Below the pieces are notes generated by a model that was not told the origin of the DNA, did no database searches, and saw nothing but the letters and a program-made list of their open reading frames with translations. Positions 26,576 through 35,648 of a stretch of DNA of 64,000 nt are shown here, one piece after another (positions within the stretch are counted from its first letter, which is position 1; each line of letters starts with the position of its first letter). Both the position numbers and the translations under genes were made by a program. This stretch comes from a virus (Duplodnaviria; Heunggongvirae; Uroviricota; Caudoviricetes), in the IMG/VR virus record IMGVR_UViG_3300046787_000302, positions 1 through 64,000 of that record. The stretch is one strand, 5' to 3'.

Positions 26576-27835
26576 ATGTCAACAAATACCGACCCTACTA
26601 CTGGTGTAGTAGACTTAGATATTGATAGCTGGTTAGCAGCACCTGGAGCAGATAGCATTGTTACTCCTTCAGAACCTGCTAAGCCGTCAATGTTTAGTCA
26701 AGAAAAGACAGACCTTTCTTTTATAGATAAGAAAGATGATGATGTAGATGATTTAACCGGCACTGACGGTGATGATTCAAAAAAAACAGAGCCTATTAAG
26801 GTTGACGAATTATTTGACGATTTAGGTGCAGAACCTACTGAAGATCAAGATGACGTTGCAAAACCTAATAAAGGTGGTAGACCTAAGACAGAAAAGTCTG
26901 GCTTAGTAGATTTCTTCAAGAAGCGTATTGAATCAAAAGAGATGTTTGCGTTTGATGACTTTGATGAGTCAAAACAAACTCTTGATGATTACTTAGGTAC
27001 GTTAGGTGATAAAGACTATGAAGAGTTATGGCAAGCAAACATCGACAACTTAAAAAACGAAGTTGCTTCAAATACTCCAGCAGAGTTTTTTGAATCTTTG
27101 CCAGAAGAGTTACAGTATGCAGCAAAGTATGTTGCTGATGGTGGACAAGATCTAAAAGGCTTATTCCAAGCTTTAGCTCAAGTAGAACAAGTTCGTGAAC
27201 TTAATCCTACAGATGAGAATGATCAAGAAGCTATTGTACGTTCATACTTACAAGCAACTAACTTTGGTGATGCAGAAGAAATAGATGAGGAGTTGACAAC
27301 ATGGAAAGACTTAGGTGTGCTTGAGAAGAAAGCCAAGCAGTTTAAACCAAAGTTAGACAGCATGCAAGAGGAGATTGTTCAGAATCAATTAGCTGAGCAA
27401 GAATCTCGTAACCGTCAACAACAACAAGCGGCTCAAGCCTATATGGAGAATGTATTTGAAGCTTTACGTCCAGCTGAGATCAACGGTCTTAAGTTAGATA
27501 AGAAAACCCAAGCTGCATTATATTCTGGTTTAGTACAACCAAACTATCCATCTGTATCAGGACGTCCAACAAATCAGTTAGGACACCTTTTAGAGAAATA
27601 CCAGTTCGTTGAACCAAACTACCCATTGATTGCAGAAGCTCTTTGGTTACTTTCAGATCCTGATGCTTATCGTCAGAACATCGCAAAGAATGCAAAGAAT
27701 GCAGCAGTTGAGCAGACTGTACGTCAGTTAAAAACTGAACAGTCAAGAAAAGTTGGATCAAGCTATCAAGAGGAGGAAGAGAAACGTCCTTCAGTAAGAA
27801 AAGCACCACGTCCAACAAACATATTCCAGCGTTAA
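26576..27835 (+). CDS. scaffolding-like acidic coiled-coil protein
   Basis: Highly acidic (D/E-rich) N-terminal half and helical Q-rich segments. It sits between the portal and capsid genes. Confidence 0.4.
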   Translation: MSTNTDPTTGVVDLDIDSWLAAPGADSIVTPSEPAKPSMFSQEKTDLSFIDKKDDDVDDLTGTDGDDSKKTEPIKVDELFDDLGAEPTEDQDDVAKPNKGGRPKTEKSGLVDFFKKRIESKEMFAFDDFDESKQTLDDYLGTLGDKDYEELWQANIDNLKNEVASNTPAEFFESLPEELQYAAKYVADGGQDLKGLFQALAQVEQVRELNPTDENDQEAIVRSYLQATNFGDAEEIDEELTTWKDLGVLEKKAKQFKPKLDSMQEEIVQNQLAEQESRNRQQQQAAQAYMENVFEALRPAEINGLKLDKKTQAALYSGLVQPNYPSVSGRPTNQLGHLLEKYQFVEPNYPLIAEALWLLSDPDAYRQNIAKNAKNAAVEQTVRQLKTEQSRKVGSSYQEEEEKRPSVRKAPRPTNIFQR

Positions 27836-27878
27836 ACAAAACGAATATATTATAACCCTTTAACAAAAATAAAACATT

Positions 27879-29498
27879 ATGGCAACTCCAGTTTTGAATA
27901 ATGGTATATTTTTGCGTGATACAAGCTATGCAGCTTCATCTCACGTTGATTCATACCACTTATCAAACCTTCTTAAGAGCTCAGAGCCAATGGACTTAGG
28001 TCCAGTGGATTTGTGGGCAATGGCACAAAAGGTAGAAATGCCTTTGTACCAGATGTCTTCTTTCGGAGGTAAAAACGTTATCAACGTTGATAACTCTCGC
28101 GGTGAGTACAAGTGGCAAATCCCTGTAGCTCAAGATCTTCCTTATATCTTAGAAGATATTGAATCAGGAAACGCTACAAAAGGTATCGACGGACAATCGT
28201 TCAAGATTAAATTGAACAAGCGTCAGTTCGGTCACGGTGATATCATCACTTATGACAAGTACAATGGAGCTGAGATGTACGTAACAGCAGACGATATTAT
28301 CCCTGCAGGTGACGGTTTCATCTATACAGTTCAGTTGGTAAACAATGACAACTTGAAGTTCTTAGACAACAAGTATGTTAAGCAAGGAACAAAGATCTTC
28401 CGTAAGGGTTCTGCACGTGGAGAGTACGGTGAGCGTTTCTCTGACTTAGGTCAAGTATCTGCTGGTTTCCGTGAGTTCTATAACTACGTTGGTGGAGCTG
28501 AAGCACACGTTCACTACTCTGTATCATCTCGCGCTGACTTGATGATGAAAGGTGGAATGAAAGCTGACGGTACTGTACCAGTTGTTGAGTTATGGCGTTC
28601 ATTTGATAAGTCTATCGATCCTTCGATCGCTAACTTAGAAGGCTTAGCTAACAAAATGGGTAAGGACTATGTTAAGAAAGCATATGAGAACGGTCAATTG
28701 ACACGTACATTCTTAACAACTTTAGAAGCTGCTCACTTATCTAAAATCTCAACTGACATCGAGTCTTACTTAATGTGGGGACAAGGTGGTCGTGTTAAGC
28801 AAGATGGTCCAGATGATATTCGTTTATCAGTTGGTCTTTGGAAGCAATTAGATAACTCTTACAAGCGTATCTACAACAAAGGTTCATTTAACTTAGACTT
28901 GTTCAAATCTGAGATCTTCAACTTCTTCAATGGTAAGGTTGAGTTCCAAGGACCAGATCCTCGTCGTGAGTTAGTTGTTCAGACAGGTATGGGTGGTATG
29001 AAGTTAATCAACGAAGCTATTAAGAAAGAGGCGATCAACTCTGGATTAGTAATCAATGCTTCTGAGGTTGGTGCTATCACTGGTAAAGGAATGGACTTGA
29101 ACTTCGGTTTTGCGTATACTCAATACGTTATTCCATTCTTAGCTAACGTTAAGTTCGTATTAAACCCTGCGTTTGATAACGTTCACACAAACGATATCGA
29201 GAATCCAATCATCGATGGCTTCCCATTATCTTCTTACAACTTTGTTATCTTTGATATTACTGATAATACAAACGATAATATCTACTTGTTGAAGTTATCA
29301 TGGGATAACCAATTGAAGTGGTTCTACCAAAACGGTACAATGGATTACATGGGTCGTTCTCAAGGCTTCCAGTCATCTGGACAGTTTAACGGATACCGTG
29401 TGTTCATGTCACAAACAATGCCAGCAATCTGGGTTAAAGACCCAACTAAGGTATTGAAGATTGTGATGCGTAACCCTGTAACTGGTGGTTCATTCTAA
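27879..29498 (+). CDS. major capsid protein (putative)
   Basis: 539 aa, follows the scaffold gene and is followed by a strong terminator. The assignment is positional. Confidence 0.45.
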   Translation: MATPVLNNGIFLRDTSYAASSHVDSYHLSNLLKSSEPMDLGPVDLWAMAQKVEMPLYQMSSFGGKNVINVDNSRGEYKWQIPVAQDLPYILEDIESGNATKGIDGQSFKIKLNKRQFGHGDIITYDKYNGAEMYVTADDIIPAGDGFIYTVQLVNNDNLKFLDNKYVKQGTKIFRKGSARGEYGERFSDLGQVSAGFREFYNYVGGAEAHVHYSVSSRADLMMKGGMKADGTVPVVELWRSFDKSIDPSIANLEGLANKMGKDYVKKAYENGQLTRTFLTTLEAAHLSKISTDIESYLMWGQGGRVKQDGPDDIRLSVGLWKQLDNSYKRIYNKGSFNLDLFKSEIFNFFNGKVEFQGPDPRRELVVQTGMGGMKLINEAIKKEAINSGLVINASEVGAITGKGMDLNFGFAYTQYVIPFLANVKFVLNPAFDNVHTNDIENPIIDGFPLSSYNFVIFDITDNTNDNIYLLKLSWDNQLKWFYQNGTMDYMGRSQGFQSSGQFNGYRVFMSQTMPAIWVKDPTKVLKIVMRNPVTGGSF

Positions 29499-29513
29499 TC
29501 TAAAACTTGTTAA

Positions 29514-29547
29514 GCCTGGGGGAGTAATATCTCCCAGGTTTTAACTT
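29514..29547 (+). terminator. intrinsic terminator
   Basis: GCCTGGGGGAG-TAATAT-CTCCCAGG hairpin followed by TTTTAACTT. Confidence 0.55.
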
Positions 29548-29560
29548 AATAAAAGATATT

Positions 29561-29650
29561 ATGGCAAAGTCCACAAAAGCAAGCAAGCCAGCTCCTAAAG
29601 CTACTCCAACTTATAAGAAAGGTGGAATGACTGGAAAGAAAGGCTGCTAA
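29561..29650 (+). CDS. 29-aa lysine-rich micro-protein
   Basis: ATG...TAA encoding MAKSTKASKPAPKATPTYKKGGMTGKKGC; not in the ORF track because it is under 60 aa. Confidence 0.25.
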   Translation: MAKSTKASKPAPKATPTYKKGGMTGKKGC

Positions 29651-29746
29651 GACATTAAAGATGTCACCCTCAACCTGTTGTACGCAAACCGTACTGATCA
29701 TACGGAGAGCTTGCAACTCTCAACAGGTTCTATAAACCAAAACCAA

Positions 29747-29971
29747 ATGAAAGCTAGACTAGGACAGTTAGTAAAGGTGAAGAATAGCAAGAAGCAAAAT
29801 CACCCAAACGTTAACGATGCTTATTTTGCAGTATGGGTAAAAGACCAAGATGGCCACGGTCATAAGTGTTTACTCTTTACTGAGACTGATTTAGCAAAAG
29901 CAGAGTTAAGAGCGAGTAGGAATCCAGAAGATCATACAGAGAGAAGCTTAACTTCTTTGATCTTTGATTAA
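29747..29971 (+). CDS. hypothetical small protein
   Basis: ORF 29678..29971 trimmed to the internal Met (MKARLGQ), because the upstream part overlaps an inverted-repeat structure. Confidence 0.3.
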   Translation: MKARLGQLVKVKNSKKQNHPNVNDAYFAVWVKDQDGHGHKCLLFTETDLAKAELRASRNPEDHTERSLTSLIFD

Positions 29972-30029
29972 GAAATACGATATTTGTTAGAAGTCTAACA
30001 AGTCTTATTATAAACCAAACCAAACCAAC

Positions 30030-31046
30030 ATGAGTTCAGTAACTATTGTGGAGAAGTATCCACAGAATAAGCGATCAACGATTGCTATTAGACCCTATTT
30101 TGATCCATCTGTTGATAACATGGGTCTTCAGAAGTACGGTTTAACTTTGTTTGAAGGAGCTTTCCATGAAGAATCGATTGCATGCCTTGAGATTAATGGT
30201 ATCAAACGGTATAAGACAGGTTTGAATGAGTATGCTCCAGAGATAAAAGATTTGAATCCGGAAGAAGCTGAAGCAAAGATAAAGCAGATTCGTTCTGTTG
30301 TTAGTCAGTTAGAAAAAGAGTTAGCTGCAAACATTATTGATCCTACAGATCCAGACTTCTGGAATAAGGTTATCTTGTTAAAACCAAACAATGATGACTT
30401 TTGGGATAAGATTAAGATAAGATGCGGAAACGAACCGTTATTCTTAGAGCCTGATAAAGATCCTTACGATTTGATTCGTATGTATGCTATTGAGGCAGGT
30501 GGGTTTAGTATTGTTGCAAAGTCACTTGATGATGCAAAGACAACACCAGTTCCACCAAAGTTTTATTTGGATAAGTTAGAAGAAACTGCTTCAACAAATA
30601 CGGAAGTTAAGAAACTACGTAACAAAGCATTAGCTGAACTTGATAAGTTATTTAACAAGAATACAAACAAGTTGTTCTACGTTGCAAAAGTGATCGACGT
30701 AAACTCTGCTCAATACCGTAAATCTACTCCTACAGACATTATCTATGATAACATGGATAAATATATCAACGGGGAGTATGTTGATAAGAACAAGCGTAAA
30801 ACAGCAGAACGTTTCTTGGAGGTAGCAACACTAGATATGGAGACATTAAAGCTTCGTGCTATTGTTAAAGACTCAACATATTACAAGATGATTGCAACAA
30901 AAGCTGATGGATTTATCTATCATATGTCAACATCAACAATGTTTGGTCGTACACCATCGGATTGTGTTGAGTTCTTGAAGAATCCTTTAAACGAAGAGAT
31001 CTTACGAGACTTAACAGAAAGAGTTGAGAAATACTGGAATCAGTAA
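30030..31046 (+). CDS. hypothetical structural-module protein
   Basis: ORF. Confidence 0.4.
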   Translation: MSSVTIVEKYPQNKRSTIAIRPYFDPSVDNMGLQKYGLTLFEGAFHEESIACLEINGIKRYKTGLNEYAPEIKDLNPEEAEAKIKQIRSVVSQLEKELAANIIDPTDPDFWNKVILLKPNNDDFWDKIKIRCGNEPLFLEPDKDPYDLIRMYAIEAGGFSIVAKSLDDAKTTPVPPKFYLDKLEETASTNTEVKKLRNKALAELDKLFNKNTNKLFYVAKVIDVNSAQYRKSTPTDIIYDNMDKYINGEYVDKNKRKTAERFLEVATLDMETLKLRAIVKDSTYYKMIATKADGFIYHMSTSTMFGRTPSDCVEFLKNPLNEEILRDLTERVEKYWNQ

Positions 31047-31276
31047 TAATACACTTCTCCTGCATCTCGTAAGATCTGCACGCTAAGGATGGCTCTCCAG
31101 GTGTACAACTGTGAACCTTAAAGAAGTTTTTTTACAAGTTTGGTCAAGCCTCTTAGAAATAACGTAACCAAACAAAACCCCCCCCTATAGTATCCGTATT
31201 ATAGGTCTGCTTCTTATGGGAGCAAAAAGTGCCCCTCCTATACGTGTTATAGATATAGCACTCTAAAATAAACAGT

Positions 31277-31317
31277 ACCTGGGTTGCTTCCCGTAAGATC
31301 AGCTCCCAGGTCTTTTT
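31277..31317 (+). terminator. intrinsic terminator
   Basis: ACCTGGG...CCCAGGT hairpin followed by CTTTTT. Confidence 0.5.
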
Positions 31318-31325
31318 AAAAGATT

Positions 31326-32027
31326 ATGGATAACAGACTCATACAGTTAAAGATTAAACAGCGGTTGAATAAACTAGCTAGTTTTGATTATGACAACATC
31401 GAAAGTTGGCAGATTCAAGAAGCCTTTAACAAAGCTCAGTTAGAGTGGACAAGACGAGTTATTCATGGTTTAACACCAAGAGCATTAATGCCTGAGCAAT
31501 CTTCAAACATTGTTGATGACTTACAGATTCTTTTAGAAGAAGTTAATCTTAACGGTTTGGAAAGAGATGTGTATTTTGAAACATCTGATATCCCAGTTGA
31601 TTACATGCACTTTACACGTATTAGCGCAAGAGCTATTACATCATGCTGCCCAAGTAGAATAATGTCTGTGTACTTAGCAGAAGAAGCTAATGCTGATGAG
31701 TTATTAACAGATAACTTTAAGTCGCCTTCTTTTGATTGGGGTGAGACGTTTTGTACAATCATGAGCAACAAGATTAAGATTTACACAAACGGAGAGTTTA
31801 GTATTGAAGCTCCAAAACTTACTTATTATAGAAAACCAAGAGCTATTAAGTTTAAAGGAGCCGTTGATATTGAGACTAATACTGTTATCCAGTATGATGT
31901 TACTTGTGAGTTTAAAGATGACGTTGCTGAAATCTTATGTGATGAAGCTGCTGCAATCTTGGCTGGTGATATCGAGTCAATGAACCAATACCAAAGAGAG
32001 ACCCAAAACGCAGCTCGTAACAGCTAA
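31326..32027 (+). CDS. hypothetical structural-module protein
   Basis: ORF. Confidence 0.4.
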   Translation: MDNRLIQLKIKQRLNKLASFDYDNIESWQIQEAFNKAQLEWTRRVIHGLTPRALMPEQSSNIVDDLQILLEEVNLNGLERDVYFETSDIPVDYMHFTRISARAITSCCPSRIMSVYLAEEANADELLTDNFKSPSFDWGETFCTIMSNKIKIYTNGEFSIEAPKLTYYRKPRAIKFKGAVDIETNTVIQYDVTCEFKDDVAEILCDEAAAILAGDIESMNQYQRETQNAARNS

Positions 32028-32035
32028 AAAACATT

Positions 32036-32452
32036 ATGCAAAAGTTACCAAGACCAGGATACTCTGGTGATTCTTTAGAAGCAAAAACAGCAGCTTGTGT
32101 ATCAGAGTTAATGAACGCGGCAACTAGCTTCCACAAGTTACATTTAAAAGTAAAAGACCTAGGATCTTTTTCTGCACATAAAGCTCTTAACGAGTTGTAT
32201 GACGCACTACCAGGACATGCTGACATGTTAGCTGAAGGATTCCAAGGAGCAGCTGAAAAGTTATTATCATACGAAGATAATGCTCCTCGCCCTTTGAATA
32301 GTGTACAAGAAGGAGTATCTTATATTAGAGATATGTATCAGATGGTTACATCATTGCAAGGTATGATGCCTTATAGTGAGATTGCAAACGATCTTGATGT
32401 TATTAAATCAACCCTGAACGGTGCTAAGTATAAGTTACTGTTCTTAAAATAG
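32036..32452 (+). CDS. hypothetical helical protein
   Basis: ORF. Confidence 0.35.
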   Translation: MQKLPRPGYSGDSLEAKTAACVSELMNAATSFHKLHLKVKDLGSFSAHKALNELYDALPGHADMLAEGFQGAAEKLLSYEDNAPRPLNSVQEGVSYIRDMYQMVTSLQGMMPYSEIANDLDVIKSTLNGAKYKLLFLK

Positions 32453-32488
32453 TTTTTATTTATCTATAACCCATAAACACAATTAACT

Positions 32489-33643
32489 ATGTATTTTCCT
32501 AATGCATTCAAAAAAGCGTTCTTGGTAGGTTCTAATGGAATCGCCAACGGTGCTGTAAGTTTAGCGTCTGCTGGAACTACTGCTGATTTGACAGCTGGTA
32601 CTTTAGGCGCGTTCAATGCATCTACTTATGCAGCTTTATCTGCTGCTGGTACTGCTCCATTTATCCTTGCTCAAGGATCTTATTTTACATCTGATAAGAT
32701 TGGTCCTGTTCACGGTGGTTACAAAGAGTCTGTAAAGTCAAAGACTATCAACCCTAAGTACATCTCTCGCGTTATCAAGGTAGCTTCTAAAACTGCTCAA
32801 AATCAAGTAGTTGAAGTATCTATCTCAAACGTATCAGAAGATAATACTTACCGTTTACGTCTTGATTTGAAAGGTTCTCCTGCATTGCGTTTCTTATCAC
32901 ACAACTTGTATAAGACATTAGACGCATTCACAGGATGTGCTGCTGATGCTGCTGCTCCAGCTTTAGTTGACCCTACAAAGGTTGCTATTCTTTGGGCTAA
33001 GCAAGTTAACGAGTCTCCTTACTTAGGTAAGTTTATCTCAGTTGCTGTTAAAGACACTGCTGATGCTGCTGTTGCTGCTTCTGCTTACGATACTTTCGTA
33101 CCTGCAGGTGCTATTACTTCTGCTTCAACTGCTACTTTGGTTATCACTGTTGCTTATGTTGAATCTAAGTTTGGTGATGCTACTTTCACTCCAACAGATA
33201 CTTACGATTTAGAGCCATTACAAATCTACACATCATTCGTTGATGATTCAGGTGAGCCTTGCGCTGTAAACGGAATTACTTCTGCTGAAGTTCAAGCTCC
33301 ACGTCAAGCATCAGGTGTTGGTGAAAGCGTTATCCGTGAGATGATCTTGGATGGTCGTTACCGTCAAGAAGCATATCCAGATGGTGGACATGTTGATTCA
33401 TTACGTATGCGTGAGATCGAAGCTAACCCAGGTTTAGCAACAATCAACCGTAACGGATTGTATGACAAGGTATTAGTATTACACAACGTACCACGTTTCA
33501 ACAACCCATCAAGCACATTCGACAACGATCAGTATTTAATCGTTATCAATGTTCCTGCTGGAACTACAACAACTGCAATCACTGACTTTATTGTTGGTTC
33601 TGCAGTAGCTGCTGGTCAAGCAATCGCTTTGGAAGTTTACTAA
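32489..33643 (+). CDS. abundant virion structural protein (second major capsid/tail tube-sheath candidate)
   Basis: Ala/Gly/Thr-rich 384-aa protein with strongly biased codon usage (gct/ggt/act). A strong terminator follows immediately downstream. Confidence 0.4.
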   Translation: MYFPNAFKKAFLVGSNGIANGAVSLASAGTTADLTAGTLGAFNASTYAALSAAGTAPFILAQGSYFTSDKIGPVHGGYKESVKSKTINPKYISRVIKVASKTAQNQVVEVSISNVSEDNTYRLRLDLKGSPALRFLSHNLYKTLDAFTGCAADAAAPALVDPTKVAILWAKQVNESPYLGKFISVAVKDTADAAVAASAYDTFVPAGAITSASTATLVITVAYVESKFGDATFTPTDTYDLEPLQIYTSFVDDSGEPCAVNGITSAEVQAPRQASGVGESVIREMILDGRYRQEAYPDGGHVDSLRMREIEANPGLATINRNGLYDKVLVLHNVPRFNNPSSTFDNDQYLIVINVPAGTTTTAITDFIVGSAVAAGQAIALEVY

Positions 33644-33663
33644 GAGTAAACAATAATGAAGAC

Positions 33664-33702
33664 GAGGGTAGGTACTTAACTGTGCCTGCCCTTTCTTTTT
33701 TG
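33664..33702 (+). terminator. intrinsic terminator
   Basis: GAGGGTAGG...CCTGCCCT hairpin followed by TTCTTTTTTG. Confidence 0.55.
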
Positions 33703-33775
33703 TGTTTGTGCTTGATTTTTAGTATATTATTATTGAGTACAACTACGATCATTTTATTCAAAACAATAGAAGTTT

Positions 33776-34330
33776 ATGGCTATTAAACATCAGTTAAGCC
33801 TCGAGACTCCTGATACAAATAACTGCAAGGTATTAAGGATCTTTGACACCAGTACATATGGTGAAGGTTTAGACAAAGAGTGTGGCACATTACAGATTAC
33901 ATCTCCAGGATTTAACTTACCAGTTAATATTGAGGTGTTACCATACTATAACATCGTTCTTAATGCATGTTCTTTAGGTTTGCAAAAATCTGGATGTGGG
34001 GATAGCTTGCAGTGTATTCCTGATGGTATCTATGTAATTCGTTACTCAGTTGCTCCAAACGATAAAGTATATTCTGAATATAATCATCTTCGTGTTACTC
34101 AAACATTAAACAAGTATTACAACGAACTTTGCAAGTTAGAGATAAACGGTATGGAGCCGGATGCTGACGTAAAGGATAAGTTTAATCAGTTACAGACAAT
34201 CAAAAACTACATTGATGCTGCAAAGGTTAAGGTAGAGTATTGTCACCAAGCAGAGGATGGTATGGAGTTGTTGATCTATGCTCAAAAGAAGTTAAACGCT
34301 TATTCTGAGACATACGGAGAGTATTGCTAG
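33776..34330 (+). CDS. cysteine-containing hypothetical protein
   Basis: ORF with about nine Cys scattered along it. Confidence 0.4.
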   Translation: MAIKHQLSLETPDTNNCKVLRIFDTSTYGEGLDKECGTLQITSPGFNLPVNIEVLPYYNIVLNACSLGLQKSGCGDSLQCIPDGIYVIRYSVAPNDKVYSEYNHLRVTQTLNKYYNELCKLEINGMEPDADVKDKFNQLQTIKNYIDAAKVKVEYCHQAEDGMELLIYAQKKLNAYSETYGEYC

Positions 34331-34353
34331 TATAACCTAAAACCAACTATATC

Positions 34354-34509
34354 ATGTCAAACCAAACAACATGTCGAAACTGTGGCACAGTAATTACTTG
34401 TGGCTGCCAACAAAGAACTGCTTCTAACGGAGTTCAAGTATGTTCTAACTGTATTGGATCTTTCGAACAACAGTTACATTTGATCAAGAACGCTCAGAAT
34501 AAAAACTAG
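34354..34509 (+). CDS. 51-aa zinc-ribbon micro-protein
   Basis: MSNQTTCRNCGTVITCGCQQRTASNGVQVCSNCIGSFEQQ... with CxxC-x5-CGC-x12-CxxC; not in the ORF track. Confidence 0.3.
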   Translation: MSNQTTCRNCGTVITCGCQQRTASNGVQVCSNCIGSFEQQLHLIKNAQNKN

Positions 34510-34511
34510 AG

Positions 34512-35111
34512 ATGAAAAACTTACTGCCAAAAAAAGTAGAGATATACAAGAACTACGCAACTAGCATATTCAGCAAGTTTCGTAGATCTCGTTATGGATT
34601 AGGTAAAGCTATCCCTGACGATTATATGCTAATGGCAGAGATTAAGAAAGCTATCGTTGACTGGCAAGCAAAAGATGATGCAGGTGCATTAAGCGAAGAA
34701 AACATTCAGTACAAAACTTGGTTACCAACAGGTATGTATGATTCAGAGTTATTGTATGATAACAGTGCTCTTGGATATCAATATAGTAATCCTCGTAGCC
34801 CAGATAATCTTGGTGTGTTTTATGAGTATAGTAACGGAGAACAAAACATTATTCAGGTTAATGCAAACGGTGCAATAACTAGAATAAACTTGAATCCATG
34901 CATTACCATAAATAATAACTCATCGTTTTTATTTACTCAGTCAACACCATCAACACAATGGGTTATCAAGCATGACATGGGGATGACTCCAAATGTATTT
35001 GCTGAAGATCTTAACGGTAATGACATCCAAGGTATTATTGAGATTGTCGATAGTAACAACATACGTATTAACTTTAATACCCCGGTAGCTGGCAAAGCTT
35101 ACTTATCATAA
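34512..35111 (+). CDS. short fibre/tip protein, paralog 1
   Basis: Shares a C-terminal ~50-aa domain with the next two genes (W.I.H.(L/M)G..P.V...D..G.....I....D.N.I...F......G.AYL). Confidence 0.4.
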   Translation: MKNLLPKKVEIYKNYATSIFSKFRRSRYGLGKAIPDDYMLMAEIKKAIVDWQAKDDAGALSEENIQYKTWLPTGMYDSELLYDNSALGYQYSNPRSPDNLGVFYEYSNGEQNIIQVNANGAITRINLNPCITINNNSSFLFTQSTPSTQWVIKHDMGMTPNVFAEDLNGNDIQGIIEIVDSNNIRINFNTPVAGKAYLS

Positions 35112-35638
35112 TGAGTGCTTCAATATACTATTACGATATTGATCTTAACAAGAATCAGTTACTTAATGCTAGGTTACACCCTGTAACAACAGCAGAAAGA
35201 ACTACTCTTGGTAATGGGTATAACTCAAGTGATAAAGGTATTATTGTCTATGATACTGATATTGATGCTTTTTATGGATGGAATGGTAATGCTTGGGCTA
35301 GAATAGGTATTACAGATTCAGAGTTATCAATGATTGTTAGTGCTTACAATGATACTATTGTTAGTGCTAGTTTAAGCTCTAATAACGAGAATCTATTACT
35401 AACTCTAACAAAGAGAGATAACACAGCAATATCAACATCGATAAAGTTTAAACATGTACATACTCAATCTGTTGCAACAATAGAATGGAATATTATACAT
35501 GAGTTAAACTGCTACCCTTCTGTAACAGTTGTTGATGAAACAAAAACAGAAGTAATAGGCGGCATTGAATACATTGACTTAAACACATTAAAGATAACTT
35601 TCAGTGCAGCATTTAGCGGCCAAGCGTATCTTAACTAA
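35111..35638 (+). CDS. short fibre/tip protein, paralog 2
   Basis: N-terminus DLNKNQLLNARLHPV...YDTDIDAFYGWNGNAW is homologous to paralog 3. C-terminus is homologous to paralogs 1 and 3. Confidence 0.4.
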   Translation: MSASIYYYDIDLNKNQLLNARLHPVTTAERTTLGNGYNSSDKGIIVYDTDIDAFYGWNGNAWARIGITDSELSMIVSAYNDTIVSASLSSNNENLLLTLTKRDNTAISTSIKFKHVHTQSVATIEWNIIHELNCYPSVTVVDETKTEVIGGIEYIDLNTLKITFSAAFSGQAYLN

Positions 35639-35648
35639 TTAATACACC

